Of a stretch of 64,000 bases of DNA, positions 35,498-44,678 are shown piece by piece. The position numbers were made by a program, and so were the translations under genes. The number at the start of each line of letters is the position of its first letter. Position 1 is the first letter of the stretch. Location of the stretch: NCBI GenBank assembly GCA_964415355.1, contig CAYPYS010000001.1, positions 145,733 to 209,732 on the forward strand, in the 5' to 3' direction. Below the pieces are notes generated by a model. It made no database searches and was not told where the DNA came from. It saw only the letters and a program-made list of their open reading frames with translations. The stretch comes from an uncultured Planctomycetia bacterium (GTDB taxonomy: Bacteria > Omnitrophota > Gorgyraeia > Gorgyraeales > Gorgyraeaceae).

Positions 35498-38155
35498 TTA
35501 TTTCTTGGATAATGTGAAATTAAAGGTGCTGCCTTTTCCTGCCTCTGACTCCACCCATATCTTCCCGCCGTGATTCTCCACGATCTTTTTAACGATAGTC
35601 AAGCCCGCGCCCGTGCCTTCGTATTCCGAGCCCTTGGCGTGAAGCCGTTGAAATATCTGGAACACCTTATCATGATACTGCTTCTCTATACCAATACCAT
35701 TGTCCTTTACGTAAAATTCATACGTATCGCCTCTATCAAAATACCCTATTTCAATAACAGGTTTTACGTCCTTCTTCGAATACTTGATCGCGTTTGAAAT
35801 AAGGTTAGAGAAGATCTCTGATATCCTGATCCTGTCGCAAGTGACCTTTGGAAAATTTTTACTGACCTTCAGATCCACTTTTTTCTCCTCCAAAGAATAG
35901 GCCAGGTTCTTTTTCACGTCAGACAAAAGCGTATTGAGATCGATACCCGGCTCTATATTCCTGATCCTTCCTATACGCGACAGGTTCAAGAGATCCTCGA
36001 TCAAGTTCGTCATCCTCGAGCTGGATTCTGAAATAGTCTTTAAGTATTCCTTGCCCTCTTTGTCTACCTTGCCAGAATATTCCTCTATTAAAAGTTTTGT
36101 AAACGCCTTAACGCCCCGCAAAGGCTCTTTTAAATCATGCGATACAATATACGTGAAATCATCCAGCTCTTTGTTCTTCAAAGCCAGCAAGTCATTCGCC
36201 TCTGCAAGTTGAGCAGTCCTTTCCTTGACCTTGTTTTCCAGGTTAGTGTAGAGCTCCTTGAGCTCCCCTGCCATCCTGTTAAACCCGGTAGCCAGCTCCT
36301 CTATCTCGTCCCCTGTCTTTATATCCAGTCTGTGGTCCAGATTCCCCTTTCCTATAACCCCGGCCCCCTCATAGAGCTTTTGAATAGGATTTGTTATGGA
36401 TTTCGTGGCATATAAAATTATAAACACCGCTATGACAGCGACCCCTGCTATTATAAGAAATATCAGGGTATTTATCACAGCTATCCTGTTTCTAAGATCA
36501 TTTTTATTTCTTTCTATCTGCGATATCTCGTTTTCCACCGCCCTGCCCAGGCTATCCTTTAAATCTCCCTCTAGTTTCACAAGCTCCCATCCGCGTTCCC
36601 TCATAATGCTATCATGTTCATCTATCACGCTCAGGGCCGATGTATTAAATCTATCCAGCTCCAACTCCATCTCTTTTATCAATGCAGCATCTTTATCGGA
36701 AATGTTTCTATATCTATTCAAATATTTTTTTATGTCAAAATAAACCTCTGAATATCTGTCCTTGTACTGCGCTTCCTGCTCATTCAGATAATTCATAACC
36801 AGGCTGTAGCTATTAGAAAATTCATCCTTTAATCTCAAAAGCATCCATCTCGCAGGCACGATTTCCTTTAAGACCTTCCGCGGCTCGCCCGCCTCTTTTA
36901 TAACAGAATCTTTCTGCGTTATTAATTTATCGATTTTCTTCTCAAGATCTGATTTTATAGACAGGAGATCGGAAAGGCTGGTTTCCTTTTCATCGAACTT
37001 TTCTATGTTGGAATCCACTGTCTCCATGATATTCCTATCCGCCTCTGTAATATCGCCCAAAAAGCGAGTTGCGCCTCTTAGACGCGCGTGCCTTTCGTAA
37101 TCCTTTAGTTCCTTATCTATATTCTGCCTCAACTGAAGATACATATTTTTATACATCTCGTCGCCAGTCAGGACATATCTGCCGCTGAGCCTCAAGGATT
37201 CCGCGACATCCTTTTCAAGTTTAGAAATATTATGTATGGCTGGTATGTCTTCTGTGAGAGCGGCTCCGACTCCTAATTTAGACGAGATCCCGCTCTTCTT
37301 TATGGCTATGATCTTGTCCAGGGTCTCTTTAAAATCCTTCTCTTTGGCCAAGAGAGAGACCATGCTAGAATTTACTTCTCCCTTCAGATCCACTATAGAG
37401 TCAACGACTGGCTTAATCTCGCCTGCTAAATCTATCAGGCCGGTCGCCAAAGAGCGCTCTTTATCAGAAAGAGAATAGCCGTGGTAATTCTTGTAATCCC
37501 GCAGGGATTTTTCCATGACCAAAAGATCTTCTGAAATAGAAGCGGGGTCGCCTTTGCCTTTAGCCGAATAATCCGCAAGTTCATTGAGCAAACTTGAAAA
37601 CCTTGTCTTTGCCTCGAGAATAAGGGTCGAGGCGCTGATATATTGAGTCTGGATCAGCAGAATGTCCTTCTCTTTCAGCATCTTAGATTCCTCAGACTCA
37701 AAAAGCCCTTTCATATTTTTATTATATTGAGTCTCTATCTCCCTTATGTCTTTAAATAAATCCTTTATCTCTGTCTTCTTTTTGAATATATCTACGGCAA
37801 TCACATTGATATCCCCGGCCATGTTTTCCACCTGCCCGAAAAGCCTTTTTTCCTCTTCTTCAGAAATAAATCTTTTAAGTCCTGAAATATCACCTTGCAT
37901 CGTTTTATAAGAACGTTTGTAGCTCGCCTTAAAATTCTCATTACCCGTTATTAGGAAATTATTTAATTCGGAAAGGACGCCTTCCAGCGAAATGGCGATC
38001 TGATAGGTATATCTGGACGCGGGCAGGTCACTTGCAAATACCTTGCCCAGGCCCCTATATATATGCCTGAGGCTATAAATAGAAAGCCCTCCCAGAAATA
38101 TCACCAGGAGGAATGTTACAAAAAAACTCAACCCGATCTTCCTGCTGATTCGCAT
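35498..38155 (-). CDS. large membrane sensor histidine kinase with HAMP domain
   Basis: 885 aa; N-terminal TM, long coiled-coil sensor region, second TM plus HAMP; H-box (VSHDLKEPLR); HATPase_c (DNGIGI, GTGAGL). Confidence 0.7.
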   Translation of the reverse strand: MRISRKIGLSFFVTFLLVIFLGGLSIYSLRHIYRGLGKVFASDLPASRYTYQIAISLEGVLSELNNFLITGNENFKASYKRSYKTMQGDISGLKRFISEEEEKRLFGQVENMAGDINVIAVDIFKKKTEIKDLFKDIREIETQYNKNMKGLFESEESKMLKEKDILLIQTQYISASTLILEAKTRFSSLLNELADYSAKGKGDPASISEDLLVMEKSLRDYKNYHGYSLSDKERSLATGLIDLAGEIKPVVDSIVDLKGEVNSSMVSLLAKEKDFKETLDKIIAIKKSGISSKLGVGAALTEDIPAIHNISKLEKDVAESLRLSGRYVLTGDEMYKNMYLQLRQNIDKELKDYERHARLRGATRFLGDITEADRNIMETVDSNIEKFDEKETSLSDLLSIKSDLEKKIDKLITQKDSVIKEAGEPRKVLKEIVPARWMLLRLKDEFSNSYSLVMNYLNEQEAQYKDRYSEVYFDIKKYLNRYRNISDKDAALIKEMELELDRFNTSALSVIDEHDSIMRERGWELVKLEGDLKDSLGRAVENEISQIERNKNDLRNRIAVINTLIFLIIAGVAVIAVFIILYATKSITNPIQKLYEGAGVIGKGNLDHRLDIKTGDEIEELATGFNRMAGELKELYTNLENKVKERTAQLAEANDLLALKNKELDDFTYIVSHDLKEPLRGVKAFTKLLIEEYSGKVDKEGKEYLKTISESSSRMTNLIEDLLNLSRIGRIRNIEPGIDLNTLLSDVKKNLAYSLEEKKVDLKVSKNFPKVTCDRIRISEIFSNLISNAIKYSKKDVKPVIEIGYFDRGDTYEFYVKDNGIGIEKQYHDKVFQIFQRLHAKGSEYEGTGAGLTIVKKIVENHGGKIWVESEAGKGSTFNFTLSKK

Positions 38156-38205
38156 AGGAAGATTGTATCATAGAGGCTTGTTTACTTCAAGAGCGACCAT
38201 CACTC

Positions 38206-38242
38206 TAACTTTACAATTTAACGTTGTTGAAATGTAAAGTTA
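38206..38242. repeat. family 1 copy 22 (R variant, A/A); last copy before the repeat-free polysaccharide island
   Basis: TAACTTTACAATTTAACGTTGTTGAAATGTAAAGTTA; 5 nt before the GT4 stop codon. Confidence 0.9.
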
Positions 38243-38247
38243 GGGCG

Positions 38248-39426
38248 TTAGCCGTAGGCCTCCAGCAATCTATCTTTGTTAAAATCCCAGGAAAGTTCTC
38301 CTTTTACTCTCTTGTAACCAGCCATCCCCATTTTATCCCTGCGTTTTTCGTCTTCCAGTAATTCGATGATCTTGTCGGCAAATTCCTGGATATTGTTAGG
38401 GGTCGCGTACAAAGCAGCGCTGCCTGCTAAATACTTTGATTCCTTTAAATCAAAACACACTATCGGCCGGGCCAGCGCCATATATTCCAATATCTTGTTC
38501 ATCGTGGAATTGTCATTGAACGGATTTTTAGGGTCGGCCGCAACGCACAAATCAGACGTGGAAAGATTTTTTAACAACCTCTCCCCGGACATCCTGCCAG
38601 TAAAAAAGACTGAACCGTTGAGCTTTAATTCTCTCTTCAACCTACGCAGGTCTTCGAACGAATCGCCGCTTCCTATTATGTTGAATAAAATGTCATCACG
38701 CTTATATCTGTTTATTATTATATCTATCGCGAGCAATAAATAATCGACTCCGTCCTGAGGAGCCGTAATCCCAAGATAAGTGACAAGAAATTTTTTTCCT
38801 TTTTTCAGGCTCTTATCCGGGGAAACCTTTTTAAATCTATCCAGATCGATACCGCTTCTCACGATAGACACCTTATCCGGAGCCAGTCTCCCCCTTGCGA
38901 TAGCAATATTCCTGTAAGAATTATTCGTGACAATGACCTTATCAGCTGTCTTGTATGTAAGATACTCTAAAATCAAGAGCAGCGAATAAAGAAAGTCTTT
39001 GCCTCGGCCTTCATATTTAGCCAGATATAACTCGGGGCATATGTCGTGCTGGTCAAAATAAAATTTCCTGCCAAAAATCTTATAAAACAAACCTGCGACA
39101 AAAAATATATCCGGTGGATTGCACGCATGAATAGCGTCAAAATTATGCCTGACAAAAACCCACAGGCTCAATATAAAGGTAATAATAAAACTGTATAGGT
39201 ACTCGAATATATGGCCAAATATCCCTTTAACACGAAAAGGCAGCATGCTATATCTATAGATATTTACGCCTTCCAATGACTCAAAGCCCTTCTCTTCTTT
39301 GAAACGAGGGCATATAACAGTCACACGTTTCCCGTTGTTTTTCAGCGCCTTGGCTTCAAGCCATACGCGCCTGTCAAAGGGAACTGAAAGATTTTGCACT
39401 AATATCAACACCTTATCGACTGCCAT
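38248..39426 (-). CDS. glycosyltransferase family 4
   Basis: 392 aa GT-B fold with a C-terminal EX7E-like region. Confidence 0.65.
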   Translation of the reverse strand: MAVDKVLILVQNLSVPFDRRVWLEAKALKNNGKRVTVICPRFKEEKGFESLEGVNIYRYSMLPFRVKGIFGHIFEYLYSFIITFILSLWVFVRHNFDAIHACNPPDIFFVAGLFYKIFGRKFYFDQHDICPELYLAKYEGRGKDFLYSLLLILEYLTYKTADKVIVTNNSYRNIAIARGRLAPDKVSIVRSGIDLDRFKKVSPDKSLKKGKKFLVTYLGITAPQDGVDYLLLAIDIIINRYKRDDILFNIIGSGDSFEDLRRLKRELKLNGSVFFTGRMSGERLLKNLSTSDLCVAADPKNPFNDNSTMNKILEYMALARPIVCFDLKESKYLAGSAALYATPNNIQEFADKIIELLEDEKRRDKMGMAGYKRVKGELSWDFNKDRLLEAYG

Positions 39427-39438
39427 GGCGTTCCTTCG

Positions 39439-40830
39439 TTAAATATTGCCTTTATTTACATATGAAATAAAGGGCCTGAATTTAACCGCGCTATTATCTA
39501 TAAGCGCATCTCTTCTGTCCAGGATCAATTCTGTCCCGGCTCCGAAATACTTCCTGACATTGGCCATTATCCTATTTTCATCCTTTTTGCAAAAACCATT
39601 GATTGGAACGAATTTCAGCCTTATTCTATCAAAATCCTCCTGTATAATCTGGGATTCTTTGATAGTATCTTGTAAACCCTGCAGGATGAAATAGACCTCT
39701 GATATGATCCTGCCGTCACGAAGCGTAAAAAAATCGGATAACCTGCCTTCTATCCTTTCTGCTACCTCGAACCTCCTGCCACACTCGCAATCCCTGCCAG
39801 AAAGTTGCACTATGTCTCCTGTGCGATATCGCAAAAGAGGCATCGCGTAATTATGTAAACCCGTTCCAACGAGCTCCAGCTTTCCTGATTCATCATCTAA
39901 AGGCAAAAACTCTGCGATTCCGTATTCCGGAACCACGTGATAGGCGCCCTGTTCGCACATATGTATAGCAGCCGCCCTTTCCGTGCTCCCATAATAATCG
40001 TATATCCTGGCATTAAAGACCTCCTCTATTAGATCCCTGTGTTCCGGCAGAAGTATTTCCGAAGAGGTAAATATTGCCTTGATTGAAGCGGCCCGCAAAG
40101 ATATGCCTTTCTCTTTTATAAATTTTGACAGGATATAAAGCGAGGACGCAACCGCCTCTATGGCCTTTGGCTTAAAATCCTCTATCGCCCTAACATAATC
40201 CAGCGTATTTTCTTTAGATATATGATACGCTGAAAGAAAAATTTTTCTTTCCGGAGCGCTGTATCTCCAGAAAGGCGCTTTTTTTACATTGAACGGCACC
40301 ACCTGCTCGTCCCTAAGCACAGCTATCCTGTCATAAGGACTTATACCTCCCCATTTTTTTTGTCTCCATAAAACAGCGTTTTCAAAATTTATTGAATACA
40401 GATCGCGATAAAATCTAAGCGGCTTCCCTGAAGTCCCGCTGGTAAAATCCCAGTTCAGAAATGCCTTATTGGCATTCCTGTCCAACAGGTCGTTGGAATA
40501 GTTGCGCACATCTTCCTTTGACAAAAGAGGCAGTTTTCTAAAATCGTCTATATTCCTTATATCATCCGGGGTTATTTTTAATTTTTTAAAAAGACTGCCG
40601 TAATAAGGGACGTTTTTATAAGCGTGCTGAATTAACAGATTAAGCTTTTTATCCTGCCATTCTCTGAGCTCTAAATCATTAAAATGCTGGGTCTTCTCGA
40701 GCTCGGAAGATATCTTCCTAAAGGCCCTGCCCTGCCGCAGTGAGCTATATAGTAAACCTCTTCCTGTTATAAAAAGATTCTGCAGTATTACCGGACTTCT
40801 TTTATAAATATTATTTTCTAACATAGCCAA
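39439..40830 (-). CDS. CapK/phenylacetate-CoA-ligase-like adenylate-forming enzyme
   Basis: 463 aa; TSGTSGKP adenylation motif; typical of capsule/EPS clusters. Confidence 0.6.
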   Translation of the reverse strand: MAMLENNIYKRSPVILQNLFITGRGLLYSSLRQGRAFRKISSELEKTQHFNDLELREWQDKKLNLLIQHAYKNVPYYGSLFKKLKITPDDIRNIDDFRKLPLLSKEDVRNYSNDLLDRNANKAFLNWDFTSGTSGKPLRFYRDLYSINFENAVLWRQKKWGGISPYDRIAVLRDEQVVPFNVKKAPFWRYSAPERKIFLSAYHISKENTLDYVRAIEDFKPKAIEAVASSLYILSKFIKEKGISLRAASIKAIFTSSEILLPEHRDLIEEVFNARIYDYYGSTERAAAIHMCEQGAYHVVPEYGIAEFLPLDDESGKLELVGTGLHNYAMPLLRYRTGDIVQLSGRDCECGRRFEVAERIEGRLSDFFTLRDGRIISEVYFILQGLQDTIKESQIIQEDFDRIRLKFVPINGFCKKDENRIMANVRKYFGAGTELILDRRDALIDNSAVKFRPFISYVNKGNI

Positions 40831-42355
40831 GATTATATCTATATTCCTTAGGTATAAATCTATCTAATTTTAAAAAAGATATAAATTCAAATATTATCCC
40901 TGTTTTCTTATTGGCAATATATATCAAGGGAACAGAGGCAATCAGCAATATTATCAACTTTACTATTAATTTTTTAATATCGGAAGACATGTCAAATGAA
41001 CTCGATATCACTATCTCATTAAAAACAAGCACTGAGCTTATATACAAAAGAGGCAGATATAGACCGGTTAGATAGCCCAGGCACTTAAAAGCATCTTTCA
41101 TATAATGGCTTGCCGCATATATAAAGATAACCGATCCTGTAAAAAAAGAAGCTAATAGAAAACCAGCGGCAGCTCCTATGATACCAAAGCCCATGTTTAT
41201 AAAAATCAGGCTGCTCGCAAATGCCGTGATAATACCGATAAAGTACGCCGGCACCAAAAATCTTTGTTTATTTACGGCGGTTATAAAAGAAAAGGCTGTC
41301 GGAGAAAAATAAGCTAAAAAATTAGCGACTAATATAATAAAAAATGCGGGGATAGATGCGGTATAGTCCGGCAAAAAATGTCTTATAAAGAATGCCGATA
41401 CTGTATAATAAACCGCCAATACGATGGGAAACAGCAAGGCCATTACCAGGCTAGGCTTAAATAAGTATTCCTTTAATTCTGAAATCTTGTGCGTCTCTCC
41501 GTATCTCTGATACATATAAGGTTCAAAAACCCTGTCTACGGACTCCTGGAAATACATTAAAAAACGCGCCGCAAGTATAGCAACGGAATAATATCCCAGA
41601 CTCGCTTTTCCCAACACCAGTAATACAATGATCCCCGTGACGCCTGCTATTGCTGTTTCTAAAAAATCTATGGACATAAGCGGAAAACCTATCTTTATCA
41701 ATCTGGATATTTCCCTGGTATTAAAACTCCATCCCAATCTATGGGGTGAACGAAACATAAGGTAAGTGATAGATACTAACGAAACCAATAAGGTAACTAT
41801 ATACACGCCGTATATCTTGAAAGCCGGGACAACAAGTATCGTCATAATCACGGCTAGAATAGAAAATATCATATTAGCCTTGCCTATGAAAAGAAACTTT
41901 TTCAACGCTAGGACCGCTGTCTGATAAAATTCATAGATAAAAAAGGTAAAGGAAAGAAAAGCGACGGTGACAAGCCCTGTTCTTTCAACCAGGGAAAGCC
42001 TGTTCCACAGGATAAGCGTAAAAATAATCAATGCGAATGAAAAAATGAAATTAACAACCAAACAAAAACTAAAAGCCGAATTCCTCGCGTCCTGCATGCC
42101 TTTCTCCGAGCGCATGCCTTTCTGATAAGATATTTCTCTGCCCATGGCCTCAATAGAGCCGAGATTGAGATAATAGCTAAAATTCAAGATTATATTTAAC
42201 GCCGACCATAATCCATATAAACCCGGACCCAGGATCTTCGCCCCCAGAAAGCCCCTTACGAAAAACATTATCCTCGCAACATAGCTGGAACCCGAGAAGA
42301 CCGACGCGTCTCTTAAGATATTCTGTCTGTTATTTGATTCATTCGTCACATTCAT
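40811..42355 (-). CDS. polysaccharide biosynthesis protein / oligosaccharide flippase (MOP/Wzx superfamily)
   Basis: 514-aa polytopic membrane protein (~12-14 TM). Confidence 0.6.
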   Translation of the reverse strand: MNVTNESNNRQNILRDASVFSGSSYVARIMFFVRGFLGAKILGPGLYGLWSALNIILNFSYYLNLGSIEAMGREISYQKGMRSEKGMQDARNSAFSFCLVVNFIFSFALIIFTLILWNRLSLVERTGLVTVAFLSFTFFIYEFYQTAVLALKKFLFIGKANMIFSILAVIMTILVVPAFKIYGVYIVTLLVSLVSITYLMFRSPHRLGWSFNTREISRLIKIGFPLMSIDFLETAIAGVTGIIVLLVLGKASLGYYSVAILAARFLMYFQESVDRVFEPYMYQRYGETHKISELKEYLFKPSLVMALLFPIVLAVYYTVSAFFIRHFLPDYTASIPAFFIILVANFLAYFSPTAFSFITAVNKQRFLVPAYFIGIITAFASSLIFINMGFGIIGAAAGFLLASFFTGSVIFIYAASHYMKDAFKCLGYLTGLYLPLLYISSVLVFNEIVISSSFDMSSDIKKLIVKLIILLIASVPLIYIANKKTGIIFEFISFLKLDRFIPKEYRYNLGYVRK

Positions 42356-42480
42356 TGAAGCTGCCTGTCTGTTTAAACTTTTTTAAAGTCTTGTATAAAA
42401 ATGTACAAAAAATATGCGGTATTGTTTTTAGTCTTACCTTTATTAATGGAACAAATTATCATAACCTCAGCCCAGATAAA

Positions 42481-43935
42481 TTAAATATGCGAAGCTGGAT
42501 CATCAAATCCGTCTGTTGGCGGCGGGAAATCCGGCGGACGCGTAGGCGGAATATAAGTCTCTGCGACCGGCGGTATGTATGTCTCCGCCACTGGTTTCTG
42601 TTTCGCCAGCACGCACATAATGTCGTCTTCTGTATACATCTCAAGAGGCGCGTACAACCTGTATGTTACTTTTACAGGAGAATCTATACTGGGGATCCTG
42701 CCCGTGTCTCCGTCGCCAAAATAGATACTCGCGTAATTTCCCGAATCCAGCCTGACCGTATAATCTTCGTCCAATGAAGAACTTTTTGTAAAATTATTTT
42801 TTCTGTTCCATTCTTCGAAGGTATCATCTTCCTGCACGTACACATGTAAATCGTATATTACAAAACCGGCGTTATTGAGTTCAAAACGCTGATTCTCCCT
42901 TCCATTGCTGCTGCCTACCATTTCATTGACCGGATTCTCATACAACACCATAGCAAGTTCTTCCCGGGTCAACATATCCTTGCGATCCGAACCTACGAAT
43001 ACATCTATACCTTGCCCCGAAAGGATCTCTGCTTCCAATAAATATCTCTCTTCCGGCTCAAGCAGAGCGAAATTTGACGGCAACTGATCTTCTAAATTCA
43101 TGCTCCTTATCAATAAATCCGCGAAATTTTCCTTCGTGAGAGGCTTTGATGGATTGTAAGCAAGCTTTAATTGACTGGTTATCATGGGATTTGAAAGAAG
43201 CGAGGCGGTCTCACATTCAGTAATAACCTCTTTTTCTTTGCCGTATATCTTATAAGACGCCTTCAATTTAGAGCCGGCAACTGGAACCCTGCCTTTATTA
43301 TTATCGCCAAACACAACCCTGGCATTATTGCAAGAGTCTAATTTCATGGCGTAGTGCTTATCAGTCGAAGAGCTTCCTTCGAGATTTCTCCTTCTCTCCC
43401 ATAACTCAAAGCCATCACCTTCGTCAACATAGACCTCCGCGCTATAAATAACAAGCTCGCTGTTTGAAAGTTCAAAATCCTGCTCAGCCAGCCCGGTCGA
43501 GTAACCAAGACCCTCTTCAATAGTCACGATCTGCAAGAGCCTGGCCAGTTCGTCTCTTGTAAGAAAATCCGAAGGATCAGTGCCCGCAAACACATCTATG
43601 CCTTTGTCTTTTAATAAGGTAGTCTCTATGATATAGCGCTTGTCATCTTCTATATCAGCTATACCCTGCGGGAGTTCATTGTCCAGCCTTAAGACCTGAA
43701 ACAAAATATCCACAAACAATAATTTTGTCACAGGTGCGTATTTTGCAGAGCCGCCTTCCCTGCAATGCCTCGCGGCCCTCAACAGAAATTCATTTACAGG
43801 TTCGCAGGGCCCTCTTTCAAGGCAGATAGCTCCCTCATTAGTTCTACATCTTATCCTGCACACATCTGCAGCTGACGCCTGCGTAGCAAAAAACATAACT
43901 CCAACAATCATAATAAGATAAATAATTTTTTTCAT
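42481..43935 (-). CDS. secreted protein with an internally duplicated ~180-aa module and C-terminal PPVAETYIPP repeats
   Basis: Signal peptide; two homologous halves (…GIDVFAGTDPSDFLTRDELA… / …GIDVFVGSDRKDMLTREELA…); tandem PPVAETYIP at the C-terminus. Confidence 0.5.
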   Translation of the reverse strand: MKKIIYLIMIVGVMFFATQASAADVCRIRCRTNEGAICLERGPCEPVNEFLLRAARHCREGGSAKYAPVTKLLFVDILFQVLRLDNELPQGIADIEDDKRYIIETTLLKDKGIDVFAGTDPSDFLTRDELARLLQIVTIEEGLGYSTGLAEQDFELSNSELVIYSAEVYVDEGDGFELWERRRNLEGSSSTDKHYAMKLDSCNNARVVFGDNNKGRVPVAGSKLKASYKIYGKEKEVITECETASLLSNPMITSQLKLAYNPSKPLTKENFADLLIRSMNLEDQLPSNFALLEPEERYLLEAEILSGQGIDVFVGSDRKDMLTREELAMVLYENPVNEMVGSSNGRENQRFELNNAGFVIYDLHVYVQEDDTFEEWNRKNNFTKSSSLDEDYTVRLDSGNYASIYFGDGDTGRIPSIDSPVKVTYRLYAPLEMYTEDDIMCVLAKQKPVAETYIPPVAETYIPPTRPPDFPPPTDGFDDPASHI

Positions 43936-44028
43936 GACACCCTCCTAATTTTTAAGTTAATTAAAATCCTTTTATAACTATTATATTATTATATCAAAAA
44001 TAAGCCTATAAAACAATTGATTTTTGCC

Positions 44029-44592
44029 TCAATCCTTCAGATGCACATCTGCGTATATTGCTAACATTTCCTGTATTTTTCTAGGTGGCAAGATAACAAA
44101 ATAGTGGTCTATAATGCAATGAGCCATCTCGTGCGCCAGTATTCCTTCTTTTACGTCCCTTTCTGTAGTATAAATTGTATTTGTCTTGTAGATGTAAAAA
44201 GAGGCCGCTTTATTTGGCTCATTAAAAATCTCTTCGTACACAGCGTTCAGGCCATTTCTATTCTTATAGATCCTCACTGTAACATTTATCTTAGATGGAA
44301 ACATATCTAATATATCTTCCGTCCTGGCGAATATCGCGTCTAACTTCTCTGCCACAGTTTCCTCTATCGATAAAACCTCTTTTGTTCTGAATCTTCTGGG
44401 ATTATAGAAATCAGAAAATCTAAGATTAATGCGCCTGTTAACCGTCTTCAAGTTGACTCCTTCTTCGTAAAAAACAGTGCAAAATCTGCTTGAAAATACC
44501 TGCCATTCCGTATCATAGCAATATGCAACATCTATCAGAAGCATCATCAAGCAGCCGGCTATCAATAAAATTTGTAAAAATTTAATTCTCAT
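44029..44592 (-). CDS. small secreted HExxH-motif protein (putative metallopeptidase-like)
   Basis: Signal peptide; HEMAHCIIDH motif. Confidence 0.4.
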   Translation of the reverse strand: MRIKFLQILLIAGCLMMLLIDVAYCYDTEWQVFSSRFCTVFYEEGVNLKTVNRRINLRFSDFYNPRRFRTKEVLSIEETVAEKLDAIFARTEDILDMFPSKINVTVRIYKNRNGLNAVYEEIFNEPNKAASFYIYKTNTIYTTERDVKEGILAHEMAHCIIDHYFVILPPRKIQEMLAIYADVHLKD

Positions 44593-44607
44593 AAAATTAC
44601 TGTTTTA

Positions 44608-44661
44608 CTCACCCCATACTCTGTAGGGGAGCCTTAAGGCTCCCCTACAGAGTATGGGGTG
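44608..44661. repeat. REP family 2 copy d, 54-bp perfect palindrome with arms unrelated to copy c
   Basis: TCACCCCATACTCTGTAGGGGAGCCTTAAGGCTCCCCTACAGAGTATGGGGTGA equals its own reverse complement. Confidence 0.9.
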
Positions 44662-44678
44662 AAAAATTTCAAACATGA

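Noticed and set aside
38152-38155. A possible 1-nt coordinate inconsistency at the sensor kinase start (my reading places the ATG at 38152-38154; the ORF track gives 38155)
   Set aside because: This is most likely my own mis-indexing of a printed line. It is not treated as a frameshift or pseudogene, and the ORF-track coordinates are kept.
727-38242. CRISPR array, considered because the 37-bp repeat length is CRISPR-like
   Set aside because: Copies are 1-4 kb apart with whole genes between them. They occur in both orientations and have variable arms. There is no regular repeat-spacer periodicity and no cas gene.
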